DNA of 64,000 bases from a virus, in IMG/VR virus record IMGVR_UViG_3300042463_000409, positions 4,133 to 68,132 of that record; one strand, written 5' to 3'. The notes under the pieces are model-generated. The model ran no database searches. It was not told where the DNA came from and saw only the letters and a program-made list of their open reading frames with translations. The position numbers and the translations under genes were made by a program. Positions 55,701-64,000 of this stretch are shown here, in pieces. Numbering within the stretch: position 1 is the first letter of the stretch; each line of letters starts with the position of its first letter.

Positions 55701-56894
55701 AGGGGCGTTTCTGCTGAAGATAGAGCTTTATCTATAAAGTCTTTATCGGGTACAGCTGCTGAGATGTTTGTGTACAATGCTATATGGCAGATGGCTAGTA
55801 ATATCCAATGGGGTATTGCAGATAAGATGTCAAATACTACTCCTTCTCAAGAAGAGAAAAGAAGAAGAGAATTGTCTTCTAAAAGAACTACTATTACAAA
55901 CCTTGTAAATGATATTGCTTCTCCTCACCCAATTTTTAACGATGGGCTAGATAAGATGGTTAATGCTGTTATTGACCAAATAGACCCGAATACCCCTCAA
56001 GCATTTAAAGTTAGGCTTTATGATGGAGGAGGTGCTGATGCTTTTGCTAAAAACTATGGGGTAGGTGGTATATTAATTAAAACAATAATGGATGCTTCTA
56101 AGTACAGCGATGTAGCTATAAGTGGAGAGGTAAAGACAGAAGACCCATTTGGCGAAGAGCAAATTAAAACACTTACAAAAGAGGACAAGAAAATAGCTAT
56201 GTCTTGGCTTCCATTAACAATAGTAGGAAGAGCTTTAGGATTTTCAGATATAGCTAATGTTTCTAATAAAATAATAAAGAACTTGAGCGCTAGGGGAATG
56301 TCAGAAGAAAGTGCACTTGTTAATGAAGCTGTTCAAGGCGTTCCTGCTGAAGAAGGGAAGCAAAAAGTAGTAGATAATAGAACTATTAATGAAGCTGCTG
56401 CTGAAGCTGTTAAGTTTAAAGATCCTGAATCTAGAGCTAAGTACCTATTAGATTTGAAAGATAAGTATGGCGATGATGCTTGGTCCAAAGAAATTGATTT
56501 GATATCTAGTTCAAAAGCAGGTATTATAGACGGAGGAACGGTAGCGTTTATGTCTGCTATGGCTAATAACGACCAAGATGCATTAAAAGTATATAGGGCG
56601 TTTTCTTTAGCTAAACCAGAGGCAAAAGTAGAGTCTCTTATGAGAACTAAACAAGAGATAGGTTCTGACAGATTCTTTAAAAAGGTTCGCAGTATCCTAG
56701 ACTTCAAGATGCTTAATGCTGATGCTATATTGTTATTTGCTGATAAGTTAGAAGGTAAAGATTTAGACAAATTCATTAAGATATATTCAGAGTTTAGTAA
56801 AAAAGAGCAAGAGGCTGCTGATGCAGAAGAAGAGGCTAAAAGACTTGAGGAGCAAAAGAAGACAGCAGCAGAGATTCTAGGTTCTGACCAATAG
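49767..56894 (+). CDS. Giant ejection/cargo protein with zincin HExxH domain
   Basis: 2375 aa; AAHEMIH at 52065-52085 followed by NEFMAE; A/G-rich hydrophobic segments; promoter TAGATTTG at 49740-49747. Confidence 0.7.
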   Translation: MAETKNTQTPDPKSNPSPKPSPKPNLSALPFLSNANGLPFLDKSKGTTLPDVTVTATRKKPNLGSLMKRIKTAQDATDAEFNALGEYATRNTRYDRGLIKKQYEAPVAPNTITNTREAVQKKRRDALDLAAKLKVVDEYDAVNNTLEAYLKKEKSSGQNYSTTFNPSTGKFEDIDPYNHPSVIEKRKELEYGLKTGQFEIDKDELTGMPVLFSTYDNPLYAFNKALDKSAITTYENKDFLTLSTEEKVKQINYENAIGPAYLPQKAVGYSKPAKFLGDVTLPLLKATVYGMGAMTLGKLNPAWGATMSAEVAASLNKLGSTLSFVEDMSEANASSAIKIYYNNIMKNNPTMDPIVAMKDAEKQAITGAATGAAEAILMGTSFSKFSKFKGIEEAATKVNTAPFLKSMLGTSKKALKEFVPVVKEATKIGTISAAGAATRDVVANVSGADISAEETTQRSITAFEEGFKMVAGLGIVPAAARGARVIAQTIPYVRDVNTQNIKYAIAVATNSIPGIQPSVFHQAKLIAYEVPEIDSLIKAGETEGVFEQGTLEKFKSDRNLYEETDSQVPTDIPKEKRDIIRGIQVKLNKLDKMAKGLKEGSPFLDRVNKMREQLDNKAVKVLESDNPIEVDATIASNAPVSKESAVESGDSSTSTSIEDLNNFNNLPNIEFADKQKTVTLLSLGVDSLDNYNAKTLAKKLSEFNGPYQAIFKALSNMTGLENVEIYQLEGPKSFFQTNIISGLYHFQENPRKIGILASNMTNEYATAAHEMIHWATMTSLSKYRKTPEYKSIENIFNYIKAKNPEITGSMASGDYYGLSNFNEFMAELLVNKRFRDKISDLYSENAKEFEKTVYSYKNNPDWAKADLITILYKYVERVIKDLVDNWGRGKSFQNIDYNESMLNNATRLATKAFFEEPISKSEISSPQTKSKGETIPSIEGPINEQNKPIENATPIGQEPAKEISTESNIGEPTGIEGVKNKKTPQANVGDSNIGGKAKPKVEAPKLEVEPEKETPKEFNNNETATVFGKMKKAAEEYLSKKADDFSGASRKALSTLKNSAFYKGLDKNEREKYVSAAAKFFEGKRPPSPTIQRILGTANDAKTTVNNMAALKTQLRLQAKAAKDAAMWIKGTRKSISNGLNELKKKGVIKTSQFLSILKKYDSLNMANKDAIDNFTSYVTKIVNDANYNDKLKTATRFNGLIKKASKMKGKQANLVSAAKEFLGIDPKKVENIDEYIEKANIVLNGVRSSRIKGLEVNFSDAFKGSDILEYAKEQKSKIEEAKKQSKLEDYNDLVESGEISSDMSFDEISQIIGEIEQGNESDIPNIENKSKEIRAYINKRFDSISSEVKSMLDRSIDPFTGVRLSDISDADRVRLNKIIDMGLNDLPLKEAYNVVEALNNFAVNGKASNLDSAIAISDAYSGAREITGKGIKSLTIKGIFGKRAARAFAADFTSFPVLFDKAFGANRSLAVQKAMGLSSLQKNSNMAEKIHQKAIKEYSDKFLGKLGGTFKTKVNPNGMRFDARENIYERGMLSVLRRNMGGDEASVAKEFARRKSLLEQSIKVLREKGGDDAKMADVYESIFNKIAKDSKNISEVESKADPSNLEANNWWINEYGKHYDKMRDVSLNIYNQELGYDNNYIPDVYDKFDKSEVESNFDPLKDNPFFAKFDYIPKVKSGSLMKTTNPETLPNGKFINLDFDYNNNKALKSALVNIYTAKDLKQVEAFRDSPYFDKIFNKEDGKVFKGKISTYAKKIQNRDISEFREFNELGRSLSVAATTAVSSALSSVAQPVKQLAPAVHTLIATNGRLAISDALNPSAHSFIDRIGYGISNRGMSSQVSMESISSMLKRAEDGALARGIRTIGKVQEAKLKIFVGYSDIFTARMSWLSFYKDALRKKGEDVSNIDWDTHKVNNDAAAYAEQMVDVSQNVSDTNLQGRLIGSNDPYHKAFKNMVMTLANYTINQKAKIGGNVRVALGRGVSAEDRALSIKSLSGTAAEMFVYNAIWQMASNIQWGIADKMSNTTPSQEEKRRRELSSKRTTITNLVNDIASPHPIFNDGLDKMVNAVIDQIDPNTPQAFKVRLYDGGGADAFAKNYGVGGILIKTIMDASKYSDVAISGEVKTEDPFGEEQIKTLTKEDKKIAMSWLPLTIVGRALGFSDIANVSNKIIKNLSARGMSEESALVNEAVQGVPAEEGKQKVVDNRTINEAAAEAVKFKDPESRAKYLLDLKDKYGDDAWSKEIDLISSSKAGIIDGGTVAFMSAMANNDQDALKVYRAFSLAKPEAKVESLMRTKQEIGSDRFFKKVRSILDFKMLNADAILLFADKLEGKDLDKFIKIYSEFSKKEQEAADAEEEAKRLEEQKKTAAEILGSDQ

Positions 56895-56942
56895 TATCAT
56901 CAAAATAAAGCTTTTTAGGTATATTTGCATAAACAAATAAAT

Positions 56943-57497
56943 ATGCCTTTTACAACCTCGGTAAGTATCACTCAAGGGGCAGACTGTAGCCAGTTCACCA
57001 TTACAGATAGTTCAACATATAATGTTGAGGGAACAGGCACGTTTTCTGCTAGAAAACTTACTATACAGAAATCTGATGGGTCTTACCTTAAAATAGGTAC
57101 TAGAACCTATAATCAATATGTTTGGCCTTTTGCTGATGGAAATAGTATTATTATATCAGGTGTTGACGATAAGAATATACCTTATCTAGATATAGATTAT
57201 GCTTTTAATATCACATTAGCATTAACATCTACTAGCCCTCAAGTTAACTCTGTGTATACTAAATCAGAGTTACCTGTTTTTGTTTGTTACACAATGAGTG
57301 CGTTTTTCTCTAATAATTATAAAATGTCTATTGACAATAGCCTAGAGAAAGATTACAAGTTTGTAAAAGATGTTATGAGGCTATTTATGGAGCAGGAGTC
57401 AGGCAAAAAAGCGGGAGCTGATGGAGATATCGGAGCCGCTCAAGGATGTTTAGATAGAGCTAAACAAATTTCTGATGCACTTAAAATAGGATATTAA
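56943..57497 (+). CDS. Tail-associated structural protein
   Basis: Beta-rich N-domain and helical C-domain; promoter TATATTTG at 56920-56927. Confidence 0.55.
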   Translation: MPFTTSVSITQGADCSQFTITDSSTYNVEGTGTFSARKLTIQKSDGSYLKIGTRTYNQYVWPFADGNSIIISGVDDKNIPYLDIDYAFNITLALTSTSPQVNSVYTKSELPVFVCYTMSAFFSNNYKMSIDNSLEKDYKFVKDVMRLFMEQESGKKAGADGDIGAAQGCLDRAKQISDALKIGY

Positions 57498-58111
57498 TGC
57501 CTTATACTATCCCTCAAATATCAGAAATACTATTAAAAGCAGATAAGACAGTCTACAGATTAGGCGCTGTTGCCTATGATGATATGTTTGCTGAAGATAG
57601 CGAGGCGCTTGATTATGAAAGAGATGTTATTTTTATATACAAGAAATGCGTAGAATGGGCGGACAATTTATATGTTGGTAATAGTAGATTAGACAGCGTT
57701 GTAGAGAGATTATCCGCAAAGGTTAATATATATGACTATGGTAAGCTAACGCCAATATATTCAGATTCTGTAACGCAGAATGCTATATCTACCGTTAGTC
57801 CTTATGTATTAAAAACAACAAACCTTTCGTTAGGACAGGGGTTATTTGGTTCTAATAACTTTACTCAAGAGACTATATCTATAGCAGTTGATTACGAGTA
57901 CGTTCAATCTCAAGTAAGAGAGAATTATGTGCACGACCAACAGGTAGCTTCTAGTTCATGGGTAGTGATTCATGAACTAAATAAATTTCCTTCTGTAAGT
58001 ATAGTGAATACAGCTAATCAAGCTGTTGTTGGAGATATAACTTATAATTCATTAAATCAATTAACAATAACATTTACATCATCAATAAGCGGGAAAGCTT
58101 ATATAAATTAA
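57497..58111 (+). CDS. Tail fibre-associated protein
   Basis: C-terminal WVVIHELNKFPSVSIV...SGKAYIN domain. Confidence 0.6.
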   Translation: MPYTIPQISEILLKADKTVYRLGAVAYDDMFAEDSEALDYERDVIFIYKKCVEWADNLYVGNSRLDSVVERLSAKVNIYDYGKLTPIYSDSVTQNAISTVSPYVLKTTNLSLGQGLFGSNNFTQETISIAVDYEYVQSQVRENYVHDQQVASSSWVVIHELNKFPSVSIVNTANQAVVGDITYNSLNQLTITFTSSISGKAYIN

Positions 58112-58118
58112 AATTAAA

Positions 58119-59207
58119 ATGCAGTTTCTTACCAACCTCGATTTAACTAAAAATCAGATTCTCAACGTAGCGTTACAGAATCTATCTTCACCTCCAGGCT
58201 CACCTGTTGCAGGTCAAGTTTACTACAACACAGTTGATAAAGCTATCTACTTTTGGGATTCTACTCAATGGGTAAATATCTCAGGTGATATTACCGCAGT
58301 TGTTGCAGGTTCAGGTCTTACAGGCGGTGGTACAGGTGGGTCTGTTACACTAGACGTAAACGTAGATAACGCTACAATTGAAGTAGATAACGATATAGTT
58401 CGTGTTAAAGACTTAGGCATCACCACAGCTAAATTGAATGATGGTGCTGTAACTACAATTAAGATAGGTGCGAACCAAGTAACATTAGCAAAACTTGCTC
58501 AGATTGCAAACAATACCGTAATTGGTAATACATCAGGTGGAACTGCAACACCTTCTGAAGTTGTTATTGTAACTGACTTAGCTAGTGCTAGTTCAACTAC
58601 ACTTGCTACATCTGCTGCAATTAAAACATATATCGATACTAACGTAGGTAACCTAGGTAATCTAGAAGGAGCATGGGACGCTTCAAGTGGAAGTTTTCCT
58701 GTAGGCTCTTCTCCTGTAGCTGGCACAAAAGCTGGTGACTATTGGTATGTAAGCGTAGCTGGTACAACAGGCGGTGTAGCTTTTAATGTTGGAGATGTAA
58801 TTGTTGCTAAAGTTAATAATGCTTCTACATCTACCGCTTCTGATTGGATTCAATTAGAAGTTAACAGAGACCAAGCTACAGAAACAGTTTTAGGTTTAGC
58901 AGAAATTGCCACTCAAACAGAAGTAAATACAGGTACTGACGACCAAAGAATTGTAACTCCGCTTAAATTAAAAACTCTATTAGATAATAGAACAGGTGGA
59001 TATGCGGCAAACATTGGGAACGGAAGTGCAACTTCTTATGCAGTATCTCACGGATTGGGGACAATTGATGTAAACGTTATGTTAAAAGATAATAGTACTT
59101 TAGCACAAGTTTTTGCTGACGTAGTTATTACAGACGCAAACACGGTTACAGTTAGTTTCGCAGTAGCACCTGCATCAAATGCTTACAGAGTTATTATAAA
59201 GAAATAG
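58119..59207 (+). CDS. Tail fibre protein
   Basis: ITTAKL/VTLAKL repeats, ATETVLGLAEIATQTE..TGTDD.RIVTPLKL, C-terminal HGLGT domain. Confidence 0.75.
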   Translation: MQFLTNLDLTKNQILNVALQNLSSPPGSPVAGQVYYNTVDKAIYFWDSTQWVNISGDITAVVAGSGLTGGGTGGSVTLDVNVDNATIEVDNDIVRVKDLGITTAKLNDGAVTTIKIGANQVTLAKLAQIANNTVIGNTSGGTATPSEVVIVTDLASASSTTLATSAAIKTYIDTNVGNLGNLEGAWDASSGSFPVGSSPVAGTKAGDYWYVSVAGTTGGVAFNVGDVIVAKVNNASTSTASDWIQLEVNRDQATETVLGLAEIATQTEVNTGTDDQRIVTPLKLKTLLDNRTGGYAANIGNGSATSYAVSHGLGTIDVNVMLKDNSTLAQVFADVVITDANTVTVSFAVAPASNAYRVIIKK

Positions 59208-59213
59208 AAGTAA

Positions 59214-62200
59214 ATGCAAATATTATCTAATTTATCCTTATACGGAACATTAGGATTAAATTCAGTAGCTGACGCTAATACTGATACTGACAAGTTTCTT
59301 GTCATAGATTCTAATGGAATAGTAAAATACAGAACAGGCCAAGAGCTCTACAATGATATTGGGGCAGGTGGAGCGGCAGCTTATACGTCTAATCTTCAGC
59401 ATGAAGTGAAGGCGGGTGTAGCTCTAGCTAAAGGTCAAGCTGTATATGTTACAAGCGCTGATGGCACTAATATGATAGTTGGCAAAGCTTCAAACGCATC
59501 AGAGGCTACATCAAGCAAGACATTAGGATTAATAGCACAAGACCTTTCAATAAATGCCAAGGGCTTTGTTATTACAGAAGGGTTGCTTTCGGGATTAAAT
59601 ACAATGGCAGCAGGAACTGAAGGGGATCCTGTATGGCTAGGAACAGATGGCAATTTAATATACGGCTTAGGTGCTAAACCTTATGCTCCTGACCATCTAG
59701 TTTTCATTGGTATTGTTACTAGAAAAAATGCTAATAACGGAGAAATATTTGTTAAGGTACAGAACGGATTTGAGCTCCAAGAGCTTCACAACGTTCAAAT
59801 AACATCTACTCCTTCTGATAATACAGTTCTAGCGTATGAGACTTCTACATCTTTATACAAGATGAAGTCGATACCTGCATTGTTAGGATATACTCCTACA
59901 ACTAATGCTAGAACATTAACTATAAATGGAACTTCTTATGATTTAAGTGCAGATAGAAGTTGGTCAGTAGGTACGCATACAGGTAATTTAACTACAGGAT
60001 ATGTACCTAAAGCTACAGGAGCTACAACATTAACAGATAGTATAATATACGATAATGGTAGCGGTATAGGTATTAATACAAACTCTCCATACGAGTCTTC
60101 AGCTTTTAAGCTAGATGTAAATGGTGGAGTGATTATTAAAAATACTAGCGGCACAGCTGCTCAATTAATATTAATAAATTCAAATCCTGCTACAGGAGGC
60201 AATAATGGATTCGTTCAACTAAGTGCTGGTGGAAACACCGCCACCGCGTTTGGACAATGGCAAACATATTATGGAATGTCTGTTGCTTCAGGAGCATTAA
60301 GACTTCAACCGGCAGGTGGTCAAGTTCTAATTGGAACAACAACAACATCAGCGTTCACTACTGATATAAATGGAACATTAAGAGTATCAGGTCAACTAAC
60401 ATTAGGCTCAACAATAAGTAACAATACTTATGTTTATACTATGCCAGGAGCTTCAGGAACTTTAGCTCTTGTTAGTCAAATACCTAGCTTGAGCGGATAC
60501 GTTCAAACTTCTAGGACATTAACAATAAACGGAGTTTCTTATGATCTATCAGCTGATAGGTCTTGGTCTATAGCTACAGGTATAACATCTGCAACCGCAG
60601 GCAACGGAATATCTATAGGAGGAACTTCATCTGCAATTACAATTACAAACACAGGAGTTTTAACTGCAACAGCAAGTAATGGTATATTAATAGGCGGAAC
60701 CTCTTCAAATATAACAATTGCAAATACAGGTGTCTTAACCGCTGCGGCAGGTAACGGTATTTCTATAGGCGGTACTACTTCAAATATAACAATTTCAAAC
60801 ACGGGTGTGCTAACTGCTACCGCAAGCAATGGTATTTCTATAGGAGGTACTTCTTCAAATATAACAATTGCAAATACGGGGATACTGACTGCAACTGCAG
60901 GAAATGGAATTAGTGTATCTGTAGTTAGCGGTGGGTTAACGATTACGAATACAATCAATAATACGAATCAACTTACCAATGGAGCAGGGTACATAACAGG
61001 TATCACTAGCTCAATGGTAACAAGTGCTTTAGGTTACACTCCTTATAATAGCTCAAACCCTAATGGATATATCAGTTCGTACACAGAAACCGATACATTA
61101 GCTAGTGTTACAGGCAGGGGAGCTAGCACATCAACATTATCAAACTTTAATGCAGGATTGACTTCTGCAAAGACTTCTAAAACTGCATATGGTGTACAAA
61201 TAAAAGGAGCTTTTTATGGAGCTCCAAGATTACAGTTATATGATTTAGCTGTTGATAGTAATGCATTTGTTGGTTTAGGTGTAGACATGTCTGGTGCAGC
61301 ATATGAATTTTCAAATTATTTTCCTAGATATGCTGGTAATGGCAAATGGTCGGTAGGGTCTTGGGCAGGTGATTTTGGAACAGGACAATATGTTTCTGGA
61401 TATAATGAAAAGTTTTGGATAACTGAAAGTGCTTCTGCACTTAATGTACCTATAACTGTAAACGGAAGAATAACAAGTACAAGTAGTTTAGGTTTATATG
61501 TTAATTCAGGTGGTGCATCTTATATAGGTATTAATTCAACTTCAAGTTGGGCTTATGCTAGTCTTTTAAATAATGGAACTACAACATGGGATTTAGGAGC
61601 GTTTAATGGTGGAAATTTTGAGTTTAGACCTTATGGTGGAGATAATAATAGAATAATAGTAGGATTAAATGGTGTTATGTATTTTACTGACACTACAAAT
61701 GGTGTTTACAAATCTGGTGGAAGATTTACTGTACGCTCAGAATCTACAGATAACGTAGCAAACTTTGCAAGCTATGGTCTTTATCTTCCTGTAATGGGAC
61801 AAACTGCAGGTCTTTATGTTGAGAGTCCTATCGAAGCTAGAGGTGGTTTAAGAATGGGTAATAATGCCGGCAGTGGAACAATAACTGTGGGAGCTACAAC
61901 AGGAGCAACAGCAGATAGACTTGTTCAGCGTGATTCAGGTGGGGATATATACAGTCGTTATTCATTTGCTATACACTTTAATGCATCATGTGCAAATAAT
62001 GAAAATCCTTCTATTGGAGGTATATGGGCAAATAGTACATCTGATAATTATTTAAGAAAGTCTACACCTGCTCACTTTATAAGTCAATTAGGTCTTATTA
62101 CTACATCAAACTATTCATCTTATTCACTTCCTTTATCTGGAGGTATAATGACAGGTGCTTTAGTAAATAATACAGATGGTGCTGTTATAATGGAATCTAA

Positions 62201-64000
62201 TGCTTCTGAAAATAACAACTGGTTATGGAAAGAAGCTGCAAAGCAATGGGGTTTATTTTGGTTTAATAGAGGAACTCAATCAGGTCAAACTATAGGGAGT
62301 TATACTACTGTTGGTGCAGAGTTAATGTTTATGGGAGGTAGTAGTGGAATAGCTATGCCGACAGGTTGGACAGGTTATATTGCTGGTAGTAATATAGCAG
62401 CAATGATTTCTAACTGGAATGGTTATATATATTCTGCTTCTACAGTATTTGCTGCTTCAGATATGCGGACTCCTATTTTTTATGACTCTGCAGATACAAG
62501 TTTCTATTTAGACCCTAACTCATATTCAAGATTAAGTAGAGTTGGTGTTGGTGGAGCAGCTAATGATGTTAGTGGTATCAATATTAATGGTGATGCTGGT
62601 TTAACAGGTGCTAACTTTTTTTATTTTGGACACAATAATGGTTCATTAGGAAGTTGGCAAACAAGGACATTTGCAAGTGGTGGTAGACAAATATGGAATA
62701 CTAATGGGTTTGAAGTTAATAGAGATGGATATGGTGGAGGACTTATAATATATTCTGATTCATCAGCAAGAGTAGGTTTTGCAACATCTGATTTTTCATA
62801 CACAGCCTCTGACAATACTGCCGTTGTATCAGGAGGAATAAGTAATAACAGAGTATTTGTAAACGGTTCTATTCAACTACTAAACAACGCTGATGCTATA
62901 GTTATTGGTAGAGGTACTTCAACTTTCCTTAAAGATGAAGAATTAGGATTTGGTTGGGGTGGTGGTTGGTATATGGTAGATGGCACATGGTTACGAGTAA
63001 GAAACGATAAGGCTATTATTACAGGTGGTACAATGAGAGCCGGTAATTACGAGAACTATTATGCAGACAATGCATATACTATGTATACCAACTCTGGATG
63101 GGGAGGGTGGGCAAGAAATGCTTTTTCAATTAGAACAGATAATGGAATTGCATTAGCATCATTTGGTGGTTTTGGTTCAGGAACTTCTTTATCATATTCA
63201 TATATAGGAACAGATTACCTTACTACTTGGATTAGATTTAGCAGCAGTGCAGTTAACTCTCAGGTAGCTTTACAACAAGGTGGTAATCAAGTTCTTCATG
63301 CAGGCAACTTTTCCTCTTATGCTGTTCCATCAGTAGGTCAATCAGGTTGGAATAGTGGTAGTGGTGTTATTAATAATGTTGTAGGATTATTATCATGGAA
63401 AAACTATAGTAATGGTCACGTTATTTTTGATGCTTCTAATTCAACTACTCCTAGTGGAACATCTTGTAGTAATACAAATCCACAAAATAACTGGACTGGT
63501 ACATACCCTACATTAATGGGTTGGAACGGTTCTAATACATATGGTGTTAGAGTAGACTCAGCTCGTTATGCCGATAGTGCAGGATCAGCTACAGACTCAT
63601 CAAAATTACCTCTTTCTGGAGGTACTATGACAGGTAATATTACACTTAGATACAGTACTGCTAATGCTGATGATTATAATGCAATTACATTTGCTCCTGG
63701 TTCTAATGACTATATTATTAAAGCATCAACTACAAGAGGTGTATTTGGTAGAAGTTCATTTGGTTGGCACGTTGATACTACTTCAGCCTTTGGTGTATAT
63801 TCAAATGGATGGACTAAGTTATTTGGTGTAGAAGGTGGATCCGGAAATACACAAGTATTTGGAAACTTAAGTATAGCATCAGGAATTGATCAGGATAATT
63901 TAGTTGGTAGACCTTATGCTGTTTGGGGAGCTAGTGGTGGTGCAAGTGGACCAGTAGTTATTAAGTTTCCTGGTGGAACTGGTAACTATGGTATGATTCA
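59214..64000 (+). CDS. Long tail fibre protein (3'-partial, >1590 aa; absent from the ORF track)
   Basis: ATG at 59214 (MQILSNLSLYGTLG...); same frame reads sensibly at the window end (...IKFPGGTGNYGMI); LGYTP, LPLSGG and YPTLMGWNGSNTYGVRVDSAR fibre motifs. Confidence 0.8.
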   Translation, partial: MQILSNLSLYGTLGLNSVADANTDTDKFLVIDSNGIVKYRTGQELYNDIGAGGAAAYTSNLQHEVKAGVALAKGQAVYVTSADGTNMIVGKASNASEATSSKTLGLIAQDLSINAKGFVITEGLLSGLNTMAAGTEGDPVWLGTDGNLIYGLGAKPYAPDHLVFIGIVTRKNANNGEIFVKVQNGFELQELHNVQITSTPSDNTVLAYETSTSLYKMKSIPALLGYTPTTNARTLTINGTSYDLSADRSWSVGTHTGNLTTGYVPKATGATTLTDSIIYDNGSGIGINTNSPYESSAFKLDVNGGVIIKNTSGTAAQLILINSNPATGGNNGFVQLSAGGNTATAFGQWQTYYGMSVASGALRLQPAGGQVLIGTTTTSAFTTDINGTLRVSGQLTLGSTISNNTYVYTMPGASGTLALVSQIPSLSGYVQTSRTLTINGVSYDLSADRSWSIATGITSATAGNGISIGGTSSAITITNTGVLTATASNGILIGGTSSNITIANTGVLTAAAGNGISIGGTTSNITISNTGVLTATASNGISIGGTSSNITIANTGILTATAGNGISVSVVSGGLTITNTINNTNQLTNGAGYITGITSSMVTSALGYTPYNSSNPNGYISSYTETDTLASVTGRGASTSTLSNFNAGLTSAKTSKTAYGVQIKGAFYGAPRLQLYDLAVDSNAFVGLGVDMSGAAYEFSNYFPRYAGNGKWSVGSWAGDFGTGQYVSGYNEKFWITESASALNVPITVNGRITSTSSLGLYVNSGGASYIGINSTSSWAYASLLNNGTTTWDLGAFNGGNFEFRPYGGDNNRIIVGLNGVMYFTDTTNGVYKSGGRFTVRSESTDNVANFASYGLYLPVMGQTAGLYVESPIEARGGLRMGNNAGSGTITVGATTGATADRLVQRDSGGDIYSRYSFAIHFNASCANNENPSIGGIWANSTSDNYLRKSTPAHFISQLGLITTSNYSSYSLPLSGGIMTGALVNNTDGAVIMESNASENNNWLWKEAAKQWGLFWFNRGTQSGQTIGSYTTVGAELMFMGGSSGIAMPTGWTGYIAGSNIAAMISNWNGYIYSASTVFAASDMRTPIFYDSADTSFYLDPNSYSRLSRVGVGGAANDVSGININGDAGLTGANFFYFGHNNGSLGSWQTRTFASGGRQIWNTNGFEVNRDGYGGGLIIYSDSSARVGFATSDFSYTASDNTAVVSGGISNNRVFVNGSIQLLNNADAIVIGRGTSTFLKDEELGFGWGGGWYMVDGTWLRVRNDKAIITGGTMRAGNYENYYADNAYTMYTNSGWGGWARNAFSIRTDNGIALASFGGFGSGTSLSYSYIGTDYLTTWIRFSSSAVNSQVALQQGGNQVLHAGNFSSYAVPSVGQSGWNSGSGVINNVVGLLSWKNYSNGHVIFDASNSTTPSGTSCSNTNPQNNWTGTYPTLMGWNGSNTYGVRVDSARYADSAGSATDSSKLPLSGGTMTGNITLRYSTANADDYNAITFAPGSNDYIIKASTTRGVFGRSSFGWHVDTTSAFGVYSNGWTKLFGVEGGSGNTQVFGNLSIASGIDQDNLVGRPYAVWGASGGASGPVVIKFPGGTGNYGMI
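60586..60955 (+). repeat. Tandem 75-nt (25-aa) repeat, about 5 copies, within the tail fibre
   Basis: Unit approx. TATASNGISIGGTSSNITIANTGVL. Confidence 0.8.

Noticed and set aside
1-64000. Stop-codon reassignment (TAG/TGA) as in some crAss-like phages
   Set aside because: Genes are long and densely packed under the standard code. MCP ends in TAG directly before a terminator, and reading through the TAG at 44258-44260 reaches TAA within about 13 codons.
1-64000. CRISPR array, DGR/reverse transcriptase, integrase or transposase
   Set aside because: No repeat-spacer array and no RT, recombinase or DDE motifs recognised in the translated ORFs.

Overview
The window is part of a lytic-looking dsDNA tailed phage of a Bacteroidota host (crAss-like/Cellulophaga-phage-like podovirus architecture, standard genetic code, AT-rich). 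Layout: (1) 1-8.1 kb, + strand: a cell-envelope module (cohesin/dockerin-like protein, lipoprotein, CsgG-like protein, two signal-peptide beta-barrel-like proteins) followed by lysis genes (holin-like, GH19 endolysin). (2) 8.1-27.8 kb, - strand: early/middle genes (metallophosphoesterase, nucleases, primase-helicase, SSB, RecE-like exonuclease, ERF, C5 methyltransferase with a nested second-frame ORF, DnaA-C protein, M28 peptidase, many small ORFs) plus several non-coding RNA-like elements. (3) ~27.9-28.4 kb: divergent control region, possibly the genome end. (4) 28.4-64 kb, + strand: RepL-like protein, small basic proteins, GroES-like protein, terminase, portal, scaffold, major capsid protein, ring proteins, a split muzzle gene, ejection proteins and tail fibres (last ORF runs off the window). 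Main candidates for novelty: a late 3'UTR that is a perfect 20-nt antisense to two early translation-initiation regions and ends in a shared UGU-UUCU-ACA terminator; three tRNA-shaped RNAs with abnormal or missing anticodon arms; a promoter-to-terminator kissing-loop sRNA; a boxA-containing structured early leader; the CsgG/cohesin/beta-barrel module; the split muzzle; and the EcoHK31I-type nested methyltransferase. All product calls come from motif recognition by eye; no searches were run.
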